DNA from: Patescibacteria group bacterium | GTDB lineage: Bacteria > Patescibacteriota > UBA1384 > XYA2-FULL-43-10 > 1-14-0-10-43-13 | Reading direction: 5' to 3' | Assembly (NCBI GenBank): GCA_041666325.1 | Contig: JBAYHC010000001.1 | Location: 393,708 to 457,707, forward strand | Length of the DNA stretch: 64,000 nt | In this document: piece after piece, positions 1 to 9,811 of the stretch | Numbering within the stretch: position 1 is the first letter of the stretch | Layout: every line of letters begins with the position of its first letter | The notes under the pieces: model-generated | The model's input: only the letters and a program-made list of their open reading frames with translations | What the model was told of the DNA's origin: nothing | Database searches by the model: none | Translations under genes and position numbers: made by a program

Positions 1-122
1 TGAGCAAAAAAGAAATAATTGTCTTCTCTATCCTATTTCTCACTCTTGCATTTCTCACTTTTGACACACTATTCTATTCACTCACAAGGAAGCATTCTTA
101 TCAGTTCCTCAGCCTAAAGACG

Positions 123-1181
123 ATGAGTACCCGAGTCTTTAGCGTCAACACCCGGTGCAGCAATGAATCTCCAATCAAGAATCTATCAAAAGCAAATGAT
201 CCCAGCCTGAAACAGCTTGGACAGCTCCAAAATACCTGCGGCTCGTTTGCCTCGCGGCAAATAATGATATACACAGACATCCCCAAGGACGAAGAGACCG
301 CCAGAAGAAACGGAGCGAAGATGGCTAACACACTGAAACAGTTTTCGGAGTATGGCGTCTCGCCAATAGTCATGGCAGAGCCAGTTACCGATTGGGGCGT
401 GATAGATATCGAAGCATTCAAGAACGGTCAATTTGACAATAGCCTGGCCACTTATTTCTCCACAATAGCGCAAAGCAATGTTGCAGATGACCAAATGGGA
501 GTCTGGGTGCCTTTTCCGGAGGCCAACCTTCCCTACTGGAATAGAACAAATGTCAAACCGAACGACTTCGCTCCGGTAGCAAATCGATATCTAGGCATTT
601 ACAAAAGAGCATTTCCGGCAGCAAAGGGCAGCGTGCTACTGAATTCGGCAACCTACGAGTCACCCGATTTTCAGTGGAACGAGGAAAAATATATTAGTTT
701 AGCCAAATATGCGGAACACCTCGACAAAACATTGGTCGACAGCTTTGGGTTGCAAGGCTTCCCATGGTCACCGCCAACCACATCAGGCGGAGGACAATTG
801 CATGCTTACAACTTTCTGAATTACAAGATTGCTCAAGAAGCTGCCGATATCATTGGCACAAAAAACATCTGGTTCAACACCGGCACCTTCTCGCAGAAAT
901 ACACCCTCGACCCGATAAACACAGTCCGGGTAACACCGCTGCAGAGAATGGATATATTGAATGATATCTTGGGGCAAGCAAAAAAGTTAAAGGAGGGTGG
1001 CTATAATGTTTCAATAAATATCTATTCGCCAGATAGGAGTGATGACATTGAGGCAACAGATTGGTCGTACTTGAGCAAAGACAACGACGGATCGGTTAAA
1101 CATGAGTCAATTCTAATCGACTTCGTCTCTAAACTTAATCAGAATAAAATTGGAGTCTCGTTTTACAACGATCCAGTCTAA
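123..1181 (+). CDS. hypothetical protein (possibly a TIM-barrel glycoside-hydrolase-like enzyme)
   Basis: 352-aa ORF. The start may lie upstream of the window edge. The 'VWVPFPEANLPYWN' segment resembles the acid/'HExN'-type motif of GH26/GH113-like hydrolases. No strong RBS was seen. Confidence 0.35.
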   Translation: MSTRVFSVNTRCSNESPIKNLSKANDPSLKQLGQLQNTCGSFASRQIMIYTDIPKDEETARRNGAKMANTLKQFSEYGVSPIVMAEPVTDWGVIDIEAFKNGQFDNSLATYFSTIAQSNVADDQMGVWVPFPEANLPYWNRTNVKPNDFAPVANRYLGIYKRAFPAAKGSVLLNSATYESPDFQWNEEKYISLAKYAEHLDKTLVDSFGLQGFPWSPPTTSGGGQLHAYNFLNYKIAQEAADIIGTKNIWFNTGTFSQKYTLDPINTVRVTPLQRMDILNDILGQAKKLKEGGYNVSINIYSPDRSDDIEATDWSYLSKDNDGSVKHESILIDFVSKLNQNKIGVSFYNDPV

Positions 1182-1192
1182 AAAGGAGAACA

Positions 1193-1516
1193 ATGAGCTT
1201 TGAGCAATACCATGAACCAGCAAATGAATTATCGGATGCAACTCGGACATTCGCCCGTATCGTGATCGGTCTGATAGAAGAAGCAGAGGCTATCAACTGG
1301 TATGAACAACGAATGTCAGTTGAGAAAAATGAGGACGCGAAAGCGATCATACAAAACGCCCAGAGAGAGGAAATGAAGCATTTTAGCATGGACCTTGAGT
1401 TCCTCTTCCGCAACAAACCAGACTGGCGCCTGATATCATCTCACGTCCTTTTTCAGGACGGAGATATCGTCGAGCTGGGTGAGCAGGCCGAAGAACACAT
1501 GGATGCCGCAGAATAG
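1193..1516 (+). CDS. small ferritin-like di-iron protein (EncFtn/Flp-like)
   Basis: 107-aa ORF. RBS AAGGAG lies 7 nt upstream. It has two helices carrying E..E and 'EEMKH' (ExxH) motifs typical of encapsulated-ferritin-like proteins. No encapsulin shell gene is adjacent. Confidence 0.45.
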   Translation: MSFEQYHEPANELSDATRTFARIVIGLIEEAEAINWYEQRMSVEKNEDAKAIIQNAQREEMKHFSMDLEFLFRNKPDWRLISSHVLFQDGDIVELGEQAEEHMDAAE

Positions 1517-1585
1517 GACCCGGCTGAGATCAGTGGCATAAAACAAAAGGCGCCCGATGGCGCCTGACGGAGTTAGCGTGTGAAT

Positions 1586-2313
1586 CTAGGGCAAGGTAAT
1601 GACTGGGCCTTCTGTGCTGTTGATCTTGTCACCAGCCAGAGTGGCACCGGGAATTGTCCGAACAAGTTCGCGAGCAATTTTGATAAGCAGATTCTTGACT
1701 TCTTTGCTGCATTTATCCCATGGCTTCTGTTTCTTGTCGGCAAATGATGGAAGAAGAAACAGCTCACCAAGGAGTATCTCTACGTCAATCCTCCCCGCAA
1801 TGTCACCAAGGTGCCCGTGAACCAGTTCGATCACACTGGTTATAATCTCGTATCGGCTCATCGCCTGGATGTCCTCGCCAATCCCCTCATCTGCACGATC
1901 AGAAATTGCCCGAAATGCCTCGGCCAAAGCAACCATCGCCGTCTGGTCGGTATATGGGAACCGGTCATGGCGCTCGGGCGCATCGCCCTGGCTTCGCCTC
2001 TGCTCTATGATAGCAGCAAGTTGTGCCGTAACCTCTGCGCTTGGCGCATCAGTACCAGTGACGACCCGCGCGGCCTTGATGTCCTCAACAAGATCAAAAA
2101 CCAAAGAATCATCAATGGGTGGAATCTCTGTGCCTGTCAATCGCAATCGATCCGATGCGTCGGCAGCGATCTTAGTCGCTCTCGCCATAAACTCAGGTCG
2201 CTCGCGATACTCCGGCAACCATGAGGCCAGGTAAATCTCAAGGGCAGTGTGACGCTGACGGAGAAGCTCGTGTTCCTCTACCGCCGGCGTTGCCTCAACT
2301 GATCTAAGATCCA
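1586..2313 (-). CDS. hypothetical protein (His-rich 'LVHGHLGDIAG' motif; possible metal-dependent hydrolase)
   Basis: The ORF track extends the frame to 2638, but that would overlap the upstream gene. The internal ATG at 2313 (MDLRSVEAT...) is preceded by GGAGG at 2318-2322, so the gene is called from there (about 242 aa). Confidence 0.5.
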
Positions 2314-2396
2314 TACAGTGCCTCCTTCTTGATATTCCATGGCAGTATAGCACAAATTGTGCCCGAGTCCACAAAGAACCCGCCAGGAGAGGCGGG

Positions 2397-3368
2397 TTAG
2401 TGTTCGTCACAAAGAGTGAAAAGATTGCGTCGAGGCGGAGATGTTTCTTCTCGCCAACCGACATTGCCATTCTGGTTAACCTCATCACGCCCAACAATGA
2501 TCCTGCGGCATACGTCATGGGCAGGACATTTTCCCAGGCAGTGAGAACCCATCTCTGCCGGATCCTTGGGCTTTCGGGCGCATATCCTCGCCCCGGTGTG
2601 CCACAAAGCCTGGGAGAGATCGGATTGTGAAAGACCATGCGCCAAAGTAACCCTGCGAACGAATCTGCAAATCTGATCGCTCAGGTATTCTTTGCGTTCA
2701 TTTGGCCACCATTCAACCAGATCGAATTGCCGAAAAAGCCTCATGACCCAAATATCAACCGGAAACATTGCAACTTGCCGAACCACCTTCCAGCGTTCTT
2801 GCTCTTCTGGCCATGGTACATCCTGCATCCAGAGAGTCATAAGAGAGGCGATCTTCTCGGCTACTCCAGGCAAATCATCCAAAACGGGTAATAGCGTCTC
2901 TCTGCTATCGCCATGCCGCAAGAAGATATTACGAGGATCTCCCCCATATTCTTCCGCCACGACCTGACGACACGTACACCACCATCCAACTCGTTCGAAA
3001 TCCCTGGTTGACCCGTAAGGTATAACCTTGGCGAGCAGCTTGAGCTCCTCGTTTGTGCATGACATCAACGGATCGATGATGTTGGGATAATCAGTCACAA
3101 TCGGCACAGACTTTTTGGCAATGTTGAACGATGTATCGCCAGAACGATTAAGCCAAGCGTAGAAGAAGCGAACCAGGGCCTCGCGTCGCGACAAAGGCTC
3201 AATGCCGCACTGGTCTAGCAGCCACCTCTCAGGCTGAATAGCGTGGTTGAATGCTTTAGACCTCCGGTACCAAGCATCGAGCATGAAACGAAAAACACGC
3301 AGAGCGCGCTCTTCCTTGAAAATGATATCGCCATTTCTTTTTGTCTCCACTTCCCCACCTCCTCCCAA
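2397..3368 (-). CDS. HhH-GPD superfamily DNA glycosylase/lyase-like protein (EndoIII-like, C-terminal Cys cluster)
   Basis: 'LPGVAEKIASL' is an HhH motif and 'FPVDIWVMRLF' matches EndoIII 'AVDTHIFRV'. The C-terminal 'ICARKPK...HCLGKCPAHDVC' resembles the EndoIII [4Fe-4S] loop 'CIARKPRCGSCIIEDLC'. It is a paralog of the next gene. Confidence 0.6.
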   Translation of the reverse strand: MGGGGEVETKRNGDIIFKEERALRVFRFMLDAWYRRSKAFNHAIQPERWLLDQCGIEPLSRREALVRFFYAWLNRSGDTSFNIAKKSVPIVTDYPNIIDPLMSCTNEELKLLAKVIPYGSTRDFERVGWWCTCRQVVAEEYGGDPRNIFLRHGDSRETLLPVLDDLPGVAEKIASLMTLWMQDVPWPEEQERWKVVRQVAMFPVDIWVMRLFRQFDLVEWWPNERKEYLSDQICRFVRRVTLAHGLSQSDLSQALWHTGARICARKPKDPAEMGSHCLGKCPAHDVCRRIIVGRDEVNQNGNVGWREETSPPRRNLFTLCDEH

Positions 3369-3444
3369 GCAGAGAACACAAAAAGCGGTTAACCCGCTCC
3401 GTTTCGGATTATATCAGAGGGATAGACAATTAAAAGAGCCGGGA

Positions 3445-4446
3445 CTAGATTCGCCCCGGCGCAAATAAGTTTTGCTCACTGCAACGCACAATTGTATCAT
3501 CAGCACCAACGCGCCCATTCAGATAGTTGTTCCATCGATTTTGAATGAATATGGTGCAATGATCATGTAACGGACATTCGGATAGGCAGTGCATGTCAGC
3601 CCTTTGCTTTTGTCTTTCACCTTTGGGCCGTCGATCGCAAATCAAGGCGCCGATATGCCAGAAGCCTTGGGCCAAATCAATGTGCGAGAGTCGATGACGA
3701 GCACACAAGCCACACGTGAATTCACAAATCTCGAGAATGATTTTGTCTCGGCTATCACGCCGCCAACTCGAGATAATCTGTGACTGAACAAAGAGTCGCG
3801 CAATCCACATGTCTGTTGGGAACAGGGGGATGAGCTTGACCTGCTTCCACACATCTCTGCAAGATGAATTTCCTGGCCAACGCACTTCCTGAAACCAGAC
3901 ACCGATCAGCTGAGCAATCTTGCGACCAATGCCAGGAAAATCATCAAGCGCCTGAATCAAATTCTCTCTATCGCCCTCATGAGTCAAAAAGATATTTCTC
4001 GGGTCGCCACCATAGCTCTCAAGTAGGATCTGGCGGCAAGCCAGCCATTGATCGATCCTCTCTGGTTCAGAGTCAGCCAGAGGGATGATTTCCTCCAAAA
4101 CTTTGCGTGATTGATCGAACATAATCCTACGCGGATCAATTATTCCTGGATGGCTTGACCAGGCCTGAGCCAAGTGATCGCGAAGGACCAGGGCTTTCTC
4201 ACCATAGCGATTGATCCAACCAAGGAAGAAAAGGTTCAGCGCATGTTCTCGGCTTCCCCTGATTATTCCTGGAGGAAGGTTCATCTCAAATGGCACCAAC
4301 CCGCCAAGCCCTCGAGACCGCTCGCGCCACGACTTGATAACATGACAAAAGACCGTCAGCGCTCTCTCCTCATCGAAAACAAGAAGAGGATTGGTTATCT
4401 TCACTCTCTTTCCCCCTCTCAAAATGAAGAAAGAGTGGTCCTCCAC
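3445..4446 (-). CDS. HhH-GPD superfamily DNA glycosylase/lyase-like protein (paralog)
   Basis: 'FPGIGRKIAQL' is an HhH motif with a Lys; 'FPTDMWIARLF' follows. A Cys cluster 'CDRRPK...HCLSECPLHDHC' is present. It aligns along its whole length with the 2397..3368 product ('YGGDPRNIFL' is shared). Confidence 0.6.
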   Translation of the reverse strand: MEDHSFFILRGGKRVKITNPLLVFDEERALTVFCHVIKSWRERSRGLGGLVPFEMNLPPGIIRGSREHALNLFFLGWINRYGEKALVLRDHLAQAWSSHPGIIDPRRIMFDQSRKVLEEIIPLADSEPERIDQWLACRQILLESYGGDPRNIFLTHEGDRENLIQALDDFPGIGRKIAQLIGVWFQEVRWPGNSSCRDVWKQVKLIPLFPTDMWIARLFVQSQIISSWRRDSRDKIILEICEFTCGLCARHRLSHIDLAQGFWHIGALICDRRPKGERQKQRADMHCLSECPLHDHCTIFIQNRWNNYLNGRVGADDTIVRCSEQNLFAPGRI

Positions 4447-4521
4447 TCCTTGCTGCCGATTGTAGCAGGTTTAAAAACAAAAAAAAGAGAGGGCGGCCAC
4501 TGGGCCAAACCCTCGTAACAA

Positions 4522-5910
4522 TCAGCGAACGGCGGACAATACGGCCTGATGAGACGCAGCCTCATCAGAGGTAATCAGAATTTCCAGCCTCGTGCGCACG
4601 GCCGGCAAGAGAACAATTGCTCTCTCTCTGTCAACAATTTCAATTAAACCATCAAGATGCGGAAGCAAATCATCTAAAACATCAAGCAGCTTAATGAAGG
4701 CCCTGGCAGTCTCTGCCTTCATAAACGGTGACTGCTTTGCACTCTCGCCGTGAGTCTTGAAGAGACTAATCATCGACTTAAAGTAGGTAAACAATGACCA
4801 GATTCCCCCAAGCGTATTCCTTCGAAATGCCGCCTTGATTGACTTCCACTCTTCCCTCATCTGATACTCAGGGTCAAGCATCAAGTCAAGCATCTGGTCG
4901 CCACCTGTGTTCTTACACGCTAGATGCAACCTAACCATCTTTTCAAATGCAGGCACCTTGAGACGCTCCGCTACAGCCTTAGCCAACCAGCGGAGAAGGT
5001 CCTCTTCACCAAGACCGTCGGACTGCAAACGCGCAAGTTCAACGGCTATGCCATAAGCCACCTCTTGAACTTCGGCTGCCTGCCTGATACGCTCGGGCAA
5101 CTCACTGAACGCAAGGGCGTGGCGCATCTTCTCCTCGCTGCGCCCCATACGCCGGGCAAACGCGGCGACGGACATTCCGGCAAGCGACTTTAATACTCGG
5201 TAATATTCGGCATAACTCAACGCCTCCTCGCAGATAGGAACCGCTTGGTGATTGTTCTCGGCGTACTGAATATTCAGTGCCTCCTCGGGCGAGATGTTAA
5301 CGTAGATCTGAGCAGGAAAATAGTAGCCCTCCGGTGCGTCCTCCTCCTGGTGGCGAGCATAACACACACCTGGAGCTTCTTGGTTGTGCTCCTTCTTGCA
5401 AGCCGAACACCCCCCAAACCAATTCCGTTTCATGGCTCGAATGCGGCATTCGCCAGCCAAGAGAATAAAGACAACGATCCTTCCGTCCGGCAACGTAACT
5501 TGCCTCATATCATCGAGAGTCAAGGACCTAGAAAGCTCTTTCACCCTGACTTCATTGAACACCGACAGGTAACACAGCGTCTGCTCAACAGAACAACAGT
5601 ACACCGCCGGTCTATATATGAGCCCATTCAGAGCAATGTCATCGCCGAGCTCTTCTATCCTCTCCTTGGGGAAAGTTTTTCTTGGCTGTGGCAAGACATT
5701 AATCTGATCGAAAGACAGCCAATCATGAATGACTCGCCGCCTGACCCCATCCATAGCCATAGCAAGCGGGGTCGATTTTCTACGATGACCACTACCATTG
5801 GATGAAGCGGGAACACGAACCGCAACACCCGCAGGTTTGTGACCGTTTCCGTTCCCGTTGCCAGAAGAGGCGCCCTCCCCTGACACAACCGCCACCTTAC
5901 GAGTGCTCAT
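4522..5910 (-). CDS. ParB/Sulfiredoxin-domain protein (ParB-like nuclease/partition-like N-terminal domain plus HTH and a long C-terminal region)
   Basis: 'AGECRIRA' matches the ParB 'GERRxRA' box and an HTH 'MSVAAFARRMGRSEEKMRHAL' follows. The N-terminal GNGNGNG stretch is low-complexity. RBS GGGGAG precedes the ATG. No parA gene is adjacent. Confidence 0.6.
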   Translation of the reverse strand: MSTRKVAVVSGEGASSGNGNGNGHKPAGVAVRVPASSNGSGHRRKSTPLAMAMDGVRRRVIHDWLSFDQINVLPQPRKTFPKERIEELGDDIALNGLIYRPAVYCCSVEQTLCYLSVFNEVRVKELSRSLTLDDMRQVTLPDGRIVVFILLAGECRIRAMKRNWFGGCSACKKEHNQEAPGVCYARHQEEDAPEGYYFPAQIYVNISPEEALNIQYAENNHQAVPICEEALSYAEYYRVLKSLAGMSVAAFARRMGRSEEKMRHALAFSELPERIRQAAEVQEVAYGIAVELARLQSDGLGEEDLLRWLAKAVAERLKVPAFEKMVRLHLACKNTGGDQMLDLMLDPEYQMREEWKSIKAAFRRNTLGGIWSLFTYFKSMISLFKTHGESAKQSPFMKAETARAFIKLLDVLDDLLPHLDGLIEIVDRERAIVLLPAVRTRLEILITSDEAASHQAVLSAVR

Positions 5911-6017
5911 TTCCCGCTCCCCTCTATGGCGCTCGAAGCATCATCCGCATCTAGCATTGCAGAAGGTCATCGCGAAAATCAAGCGACTTATCCACAAGAG
6001 CTTAAAGAGAACTTATT

Positions 6018-6986
6018 TTATTGGCCTTGGCCCTCGCAGCCAGAGAAGGTAAAGGCAAACGCTTGGAATCGCCCCTCTATCACCTTGACACTGAGTGTGC
6101 CTTGAATTAATTTGTCACTCTTTAAGGCCCTGTACATTCTAGGCTCTTTTATGATCAACTCGCTGTTAGATAGGTCTGCGCCCTTAATCTCATCAGGAAT
6201 CGGTTTGCCATTCAGCTTTACTTCTAGCTTTGTCAGACCATCGAGTGCCGACAAGACAACATTAACCTCGGTCGCATGAAAGTCCAAATAAAGCGTGGAA
6301 TCAGGACCAGCTGATTGGACATACTCCGGAGTGGCCAAAAACTCCCCAGCGAGAGCGACCGAATCCCTGGATATCACTTCTGGTTTTCTGTATTCAAAAA
6401 CAATGTCATACCAGTATCCGCCGTCGTTACTAAGGTTTCCTCTGGCATAACCACAATAGAGTTCTGGTGTCGGCCGGAAGCAAACAGCCCCAGGTTCTAG
6501 TTCGTCATATACTATCGGAATCTCTGCATAGCCCTTGTCGCCAATCCGGTGTCGAACAAGCGCCTGAATTGCGGACTCAGTTTCGGCGTAATTTCCTTCA
6601 CCAAAATGAGAAAAAACAATGTCTCCGTCGGAAGAGATCAAATATTTTGCTGGCCAATAATGATTAGCAAAGTTGTTCCAGTTGATGTAGTCGTTGTCCA
6701 GAACAACCGGCCACTCGATTTGAAGATCAGAGATGGCTCTTTTCACGTTCTCCGGATTTTTTTCGAAACCAAATTCCGGCGTATGGACACCAATAATCAA
6801 AAATGGTTTATCCTTATATCTTTCCCACCATCGACGCAGATACGGCATGGTCCGCAAACAATTGACGCAAGAGTAAGTCCAGAAATCAACAAGAATAATT
6901 TTTCCTCGAAGATCATCGCTCCGAAGTGGAGCAGAATTGAACCATACATCTCCGACTATATCTGGCATTCTAGTCATAGCGGCCAA
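6018..6986 (-). CDS. thioredoxin-fold thiol:disulfide oxidoreductase (TlpA/DipZ-like) with an extra C-terminal domain
   Basis: 'ILVDFWTYSCVNCLRTMPYL' is a CxxC redoxin motif and 'YWPAKYLISSDGDIVF' is TlpA-like. 322 aa. Confidence 0.7.
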   Translation of the reverse strand: MAAMTRMPDIVGDVWFNSAPLRSDDLRGKIILVDFWTYSCVNCLRTMPYLRRWWERYKDKPFLIIGVHTPEFGFEKNPENVKRAISDLQIEWPVVLDNDYINWNNFANHYWPAKYLISSDGDIVFSHFGEGNYAETESAIQALVRHRIGDKGYAEIPIVYDELEPGAVCFRPTPELYCGYARGNLSNDGGYWYDIVFEYRKPEVISRDSVALAGEFLATPEYVQSAGPDSTLYLDFHATEVNVVLSALDGLTKLEVKLNGKPIPDEIKGADLSNSELIIKEPRMYRALKSDKLIQGTLSVKVIEGRFQAFAFTFSGCEGQGQ

Positions 6987-7326
6987 TTATATCAAATTGC
7001 TTCACGCAAGTATCAGATTCTACCTCGCCAATTTTGGGAGCCTCTTTTCCCTCGATACCAATTAACTATTTGGTAGAAAAGCTTTCCAATTCGGTGAAAT
7101 GGAAATTTGCCGGCTATCTCAATCTGACGTTCAGCCTTTTTTGCAGCGCCTCTTTTGTCTCGGTTTTTTGGCATTTTCCTCCTCATTCAAAAGGTACTCT
7201 CCTGAGTCAGGATGACAAGAAAATTGCCCCGTCATAGGCTTCGGCCGAAGAATAGATGTGGGCTAGCCCCTTCCAAAAGCGCCTTTTTTTGCGCTATGCT
7301 TAACTCAAACTACGGAGCAACCACAA

Positions 7327-9765
7327 ATGATCAAATCGATAAACAAGAAAATGATTTTGGCGCTGTTCTCTGTTGCCTGGATTATTTTTGTTGTCCTTAA
7401 TTACTTCCTTGCATTCGGCTCTGCTGGTGACCCCAAGACAGCGATACGCTCAAGCCACTCATACTATTTGGATGCAGCAAAAAAACTAATCGACTTTGAT
7501 TTGCTTGACGGCGGAGGAAAATTATTTAACCCCAATCCGATCATCAGCGTTGTGATATTGACTCTTTGCTCCTATCTAATGGTCTATATTTGGCTGAAAC
7601 ACAAAGGACACAAAAACCTACAGATAAACACTACAACAAAAATTATTTTTCCAATCTTTTATCTATCGTTTTTGATCACGTTTCTCTCCTGGGAGGGATA
7701 CTTCCACCTCAACGATCCTGTTGTTTACCGCGGTATAATCCCATATAGCTTGGGCGTCTTTCTGTTCATCTTTTTAGCTACGTTATTAATGACTTCAGCT
7801 GGTAGCAAGATAGCTAGAGCACTAAGTTGGCACAGAGAGGAATCCGATGTCTTAGAGAACCTCATCTATTCATTCGGATTTGGAGCTATTGCAACGATAT
7901 TTTTGATTTTTTTTCTGGGCATAACTGGCCGACTCGACACTCTCGCTATCTCGATCATGTTTGCCGCAATCGCCCTCTTCTGCCTCAAAGAAATAAAATA
8001 CTGGATCGGTGCCGCACTAAATACCCCGCTGTCAATTAACACAAGTTTTTTTAGCCCCGCTGTGCTTCTCCTTATGGCGATAGTTATTGTTGCCAGCCAT
8101 AACTATCTTGAATTATTGCGGCCGATTCCAATTGGCCACGATGAGCTTCAGGCCTATCTGAACACCCCAAAGACCATCGCCGAGACAGGCAGACTACCTC
8201 TTGATTTGCGCAACTATGCCTGGGAGATGCTCACTTCAGCCTCATATGCCATAACTAACAGCGCCGCCATGGCAAGGGCGCTCTCGGCGACGGCAGGAAT
8301 ATTTACTACGCTCTCGATTTTTCACATCGTTTCGCTGTATTGTCGGCGCAGAGGCTTTGGCAAAGAAGAACGAGGAACCTATCCCATCCTTGCTGCCGCT
8401 CTTTTCTACATGATGCCAATGGTTGTATTTCAGTCATCTACCGATATCAAGGTAGACCTACCTGCAACGTTCTTTGCCCTTCTTGCCATAAACAGTTTCT
8501 GGAAGTGGCAAGAATCAAAGAAAGAGAGCGACCTGTTTGTCGGTCTCTTCCTGCTTGGTTTTGGTTTTGCCATCAAGCCAACACTTATCCTGCTTGTCCC
8601 ACCAATAGTTATTTTCCTTATCTACTCCATCATTAAATTGCGCACAAGAGCTAGCCACGCACTGGCAATCATAGCAATATCAATACTTCTCTTCTCGATT
8701 TCATCCGTACCGTTTGTCCTTAGCAGGAAGGCGCACGCAAAAAAAGTCAACTACTTCATGCTTGGGTATTTGAATGGCCCGCTCTTTGATCTTCACCAAA
8801 TCACAAGCAAGGATAGAGTTGCCCAGACAGCAGCGGACAAGACAGATATGGAAAAATCTCTGCTCTCACTACAAACAAGTAACCGAACAGAACTCACTCG
8901 CTACTTTGGCGAGAGCAAAAACATCATCAACTTCCTGCTGCTACCATTTAATATAACCAACAACGCAAATGTCTCTGGCCGCTATATTGACATCGGTTTT
9001 GTATTCTTGGCCCTAGCACCAATACTGCTCATTCGACCAAAGGAAGAAACCGATAAAAGCACGAATGACTACTTGTTTAAACAAGTAATTATCATGTCGG
9101 CGATATACTGGATTGCTTGGGCGTTCACTGCATCTGGCATCATTTGGTATGGTTTGCCAGGTTTTCTCTTCCTGCTTATCTTGGTTGTCGAGTCGCTACG
9201 GTCATGCAGACAAAGCCGATACAAAATTCTTGGTATTTTTGCCACGACGGCCATCATCGTCTGGCTCGTTTCTACACTCTTGCTGCGTACCGCTTGCGTT
9301 GCCAGACAGAGCATCTGCATCGACAGGCTTACGCTGTCATATGCACGAGGCAGCATTAATAGTGAAGAGTACTTAGAGCAAACTCTGCCCCGCTTCTATC
9401 CGATTATTCAAACGATTAACGCCGACATAACTCAACATGCCGCAAATCCACCTAAAGTCTATGTCGTTTCCAAGTATTTGAGATATTTTATAGCTGATAA
9501 CGATACCACCGTCTATGAAGATGATCTATCAACTTTCATCAAGCTACATCAAGCCAAGGATTACGACAGAACCATCAGACTGCTCAAAGATGCGGGATTT
9601 AAATACATTGTCTACGGCAGAAACGACGTTGCGTTCTTTGGCAACTCGACCGAAATAGAAACGGTCAAAGATGATTTTTCGAGCTTGATTCTAGACAATC
9701 CCGACAAAATAAAGGTCCACATCAACAATAGAGCCAACGGAATTTTATTTGCTGAAATTCTGTAA
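7327..9765 (+). CDS. large polytopic membrane protein (possibly a GT-C-type glycosyltransferase, ArnT/PMT-like)
   Basis: 812-aa ORF. It has more than 12 predicted hydrophobic helices in the N-terminal 600 aa and a soluble C-terminal domain. Confidence 0.45.
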   Translation: MIKSINKKMILALFSVAWIIFVVLNYFLAFGSAGDPKTAIRSSHSYYLDAAKKLIDFDLLDGGGKLFNPNPIISVVILTLCSYLMVYIWLKHKGHKNLQINTTTKIIFPIFYLSFLITFLSWEGYFHLNDPVVYRGIIPYSLGVFLFIFLATLLMTSAGSKIARALSWHREESDVLENLIYSFGFGAIATIFLIFFLGITGRLDTLAISIMFAAIALFCLKEIKYWIGAALNTPLSINTSFFSPAVLLLMAIVIVASHNYLELLRPIPIGHDELQAYLNTPKTIAETGRLPLDLRNYAWEMLTSASYAITNSAAMARALSATAGIFTTLSIFHIVSLYCRRRGFGKEERGTYPILAAALFYMMPMVVFQSSTDIKVDLPATFFALLAINSFWKWQESKKESDLFVGLFLLGFGFAIKPTLILLVPPIVIFLIYSIIKLRTRASHALAIIAISILLFSISSVPFVLSRKAHAKKVNYFMLGYLNGPLFDLHQITSKDRVAQTAADKTDMEKSLLSLQTSNRTELTRYFGESKNIINFLLLPFNITNNANVSGRYIDIGFVFLALAPILLIRPKEETDKSTNDYLFKQVIIMSAIYWIAWAFTASGIIWYGLPGFLFLLILVVESLRSCRQSRYKILGIFATTAIIVWLVSTLLLRTACVARQSICIDRLTLSYARGSINSEEYLEQTLPRFYPIIQTINADITQHAANPPKVYVVSKYLRYFIADNDTTVYEDDLSTFIKLHQAKDYDRTIRLLKDAGFKYIVYGRNDVAFFGNSTEIETVKDDFSSLILDNPDKIKVHINNRANGILFAEIL

Positions 9766-9811
9766 CCGCCAGGCTTGGCGCAGAGATCGTTTTTTGGCAT
9801 AATGACATGCT

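Noticed and set aside
186-494. Numerous 60-130-aa ORFs antisense to or overlapping long genes (for example 186..494, 5245..5805, 16214..16762, 32062..32343 and 47037..47513)
   Set aside because: They are fully embedded in longer ORFs that carry clear protein-family motifs. They have no RBS and show amino-acid bias typical of antisense frames of real genes.
1586-2638. 350-aa minus-strand ORF as listed in the ORF track
   Set aside because: Its first 108 codons overlap the C-terminus of the upstream glycosylase gene (2397..3368) on the same strand. An internal ATG at 2313 with a GGAGG RBS gives a non-overlapping gene, so the long form is most likely an upstream in-frame read-through.
1586-5910. 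Calling the whole 1.6-5.9 kb block a genomic island on GC content alone
   Set aside because: GC in this window fluctuates gene by gene between about 38% and 55% (the sigma-factor gene is about 55%). The shift of roughly 8-10 points here is suggestive, but without genome-wide statistics it is not sufficient evidence for horizontal transfer.
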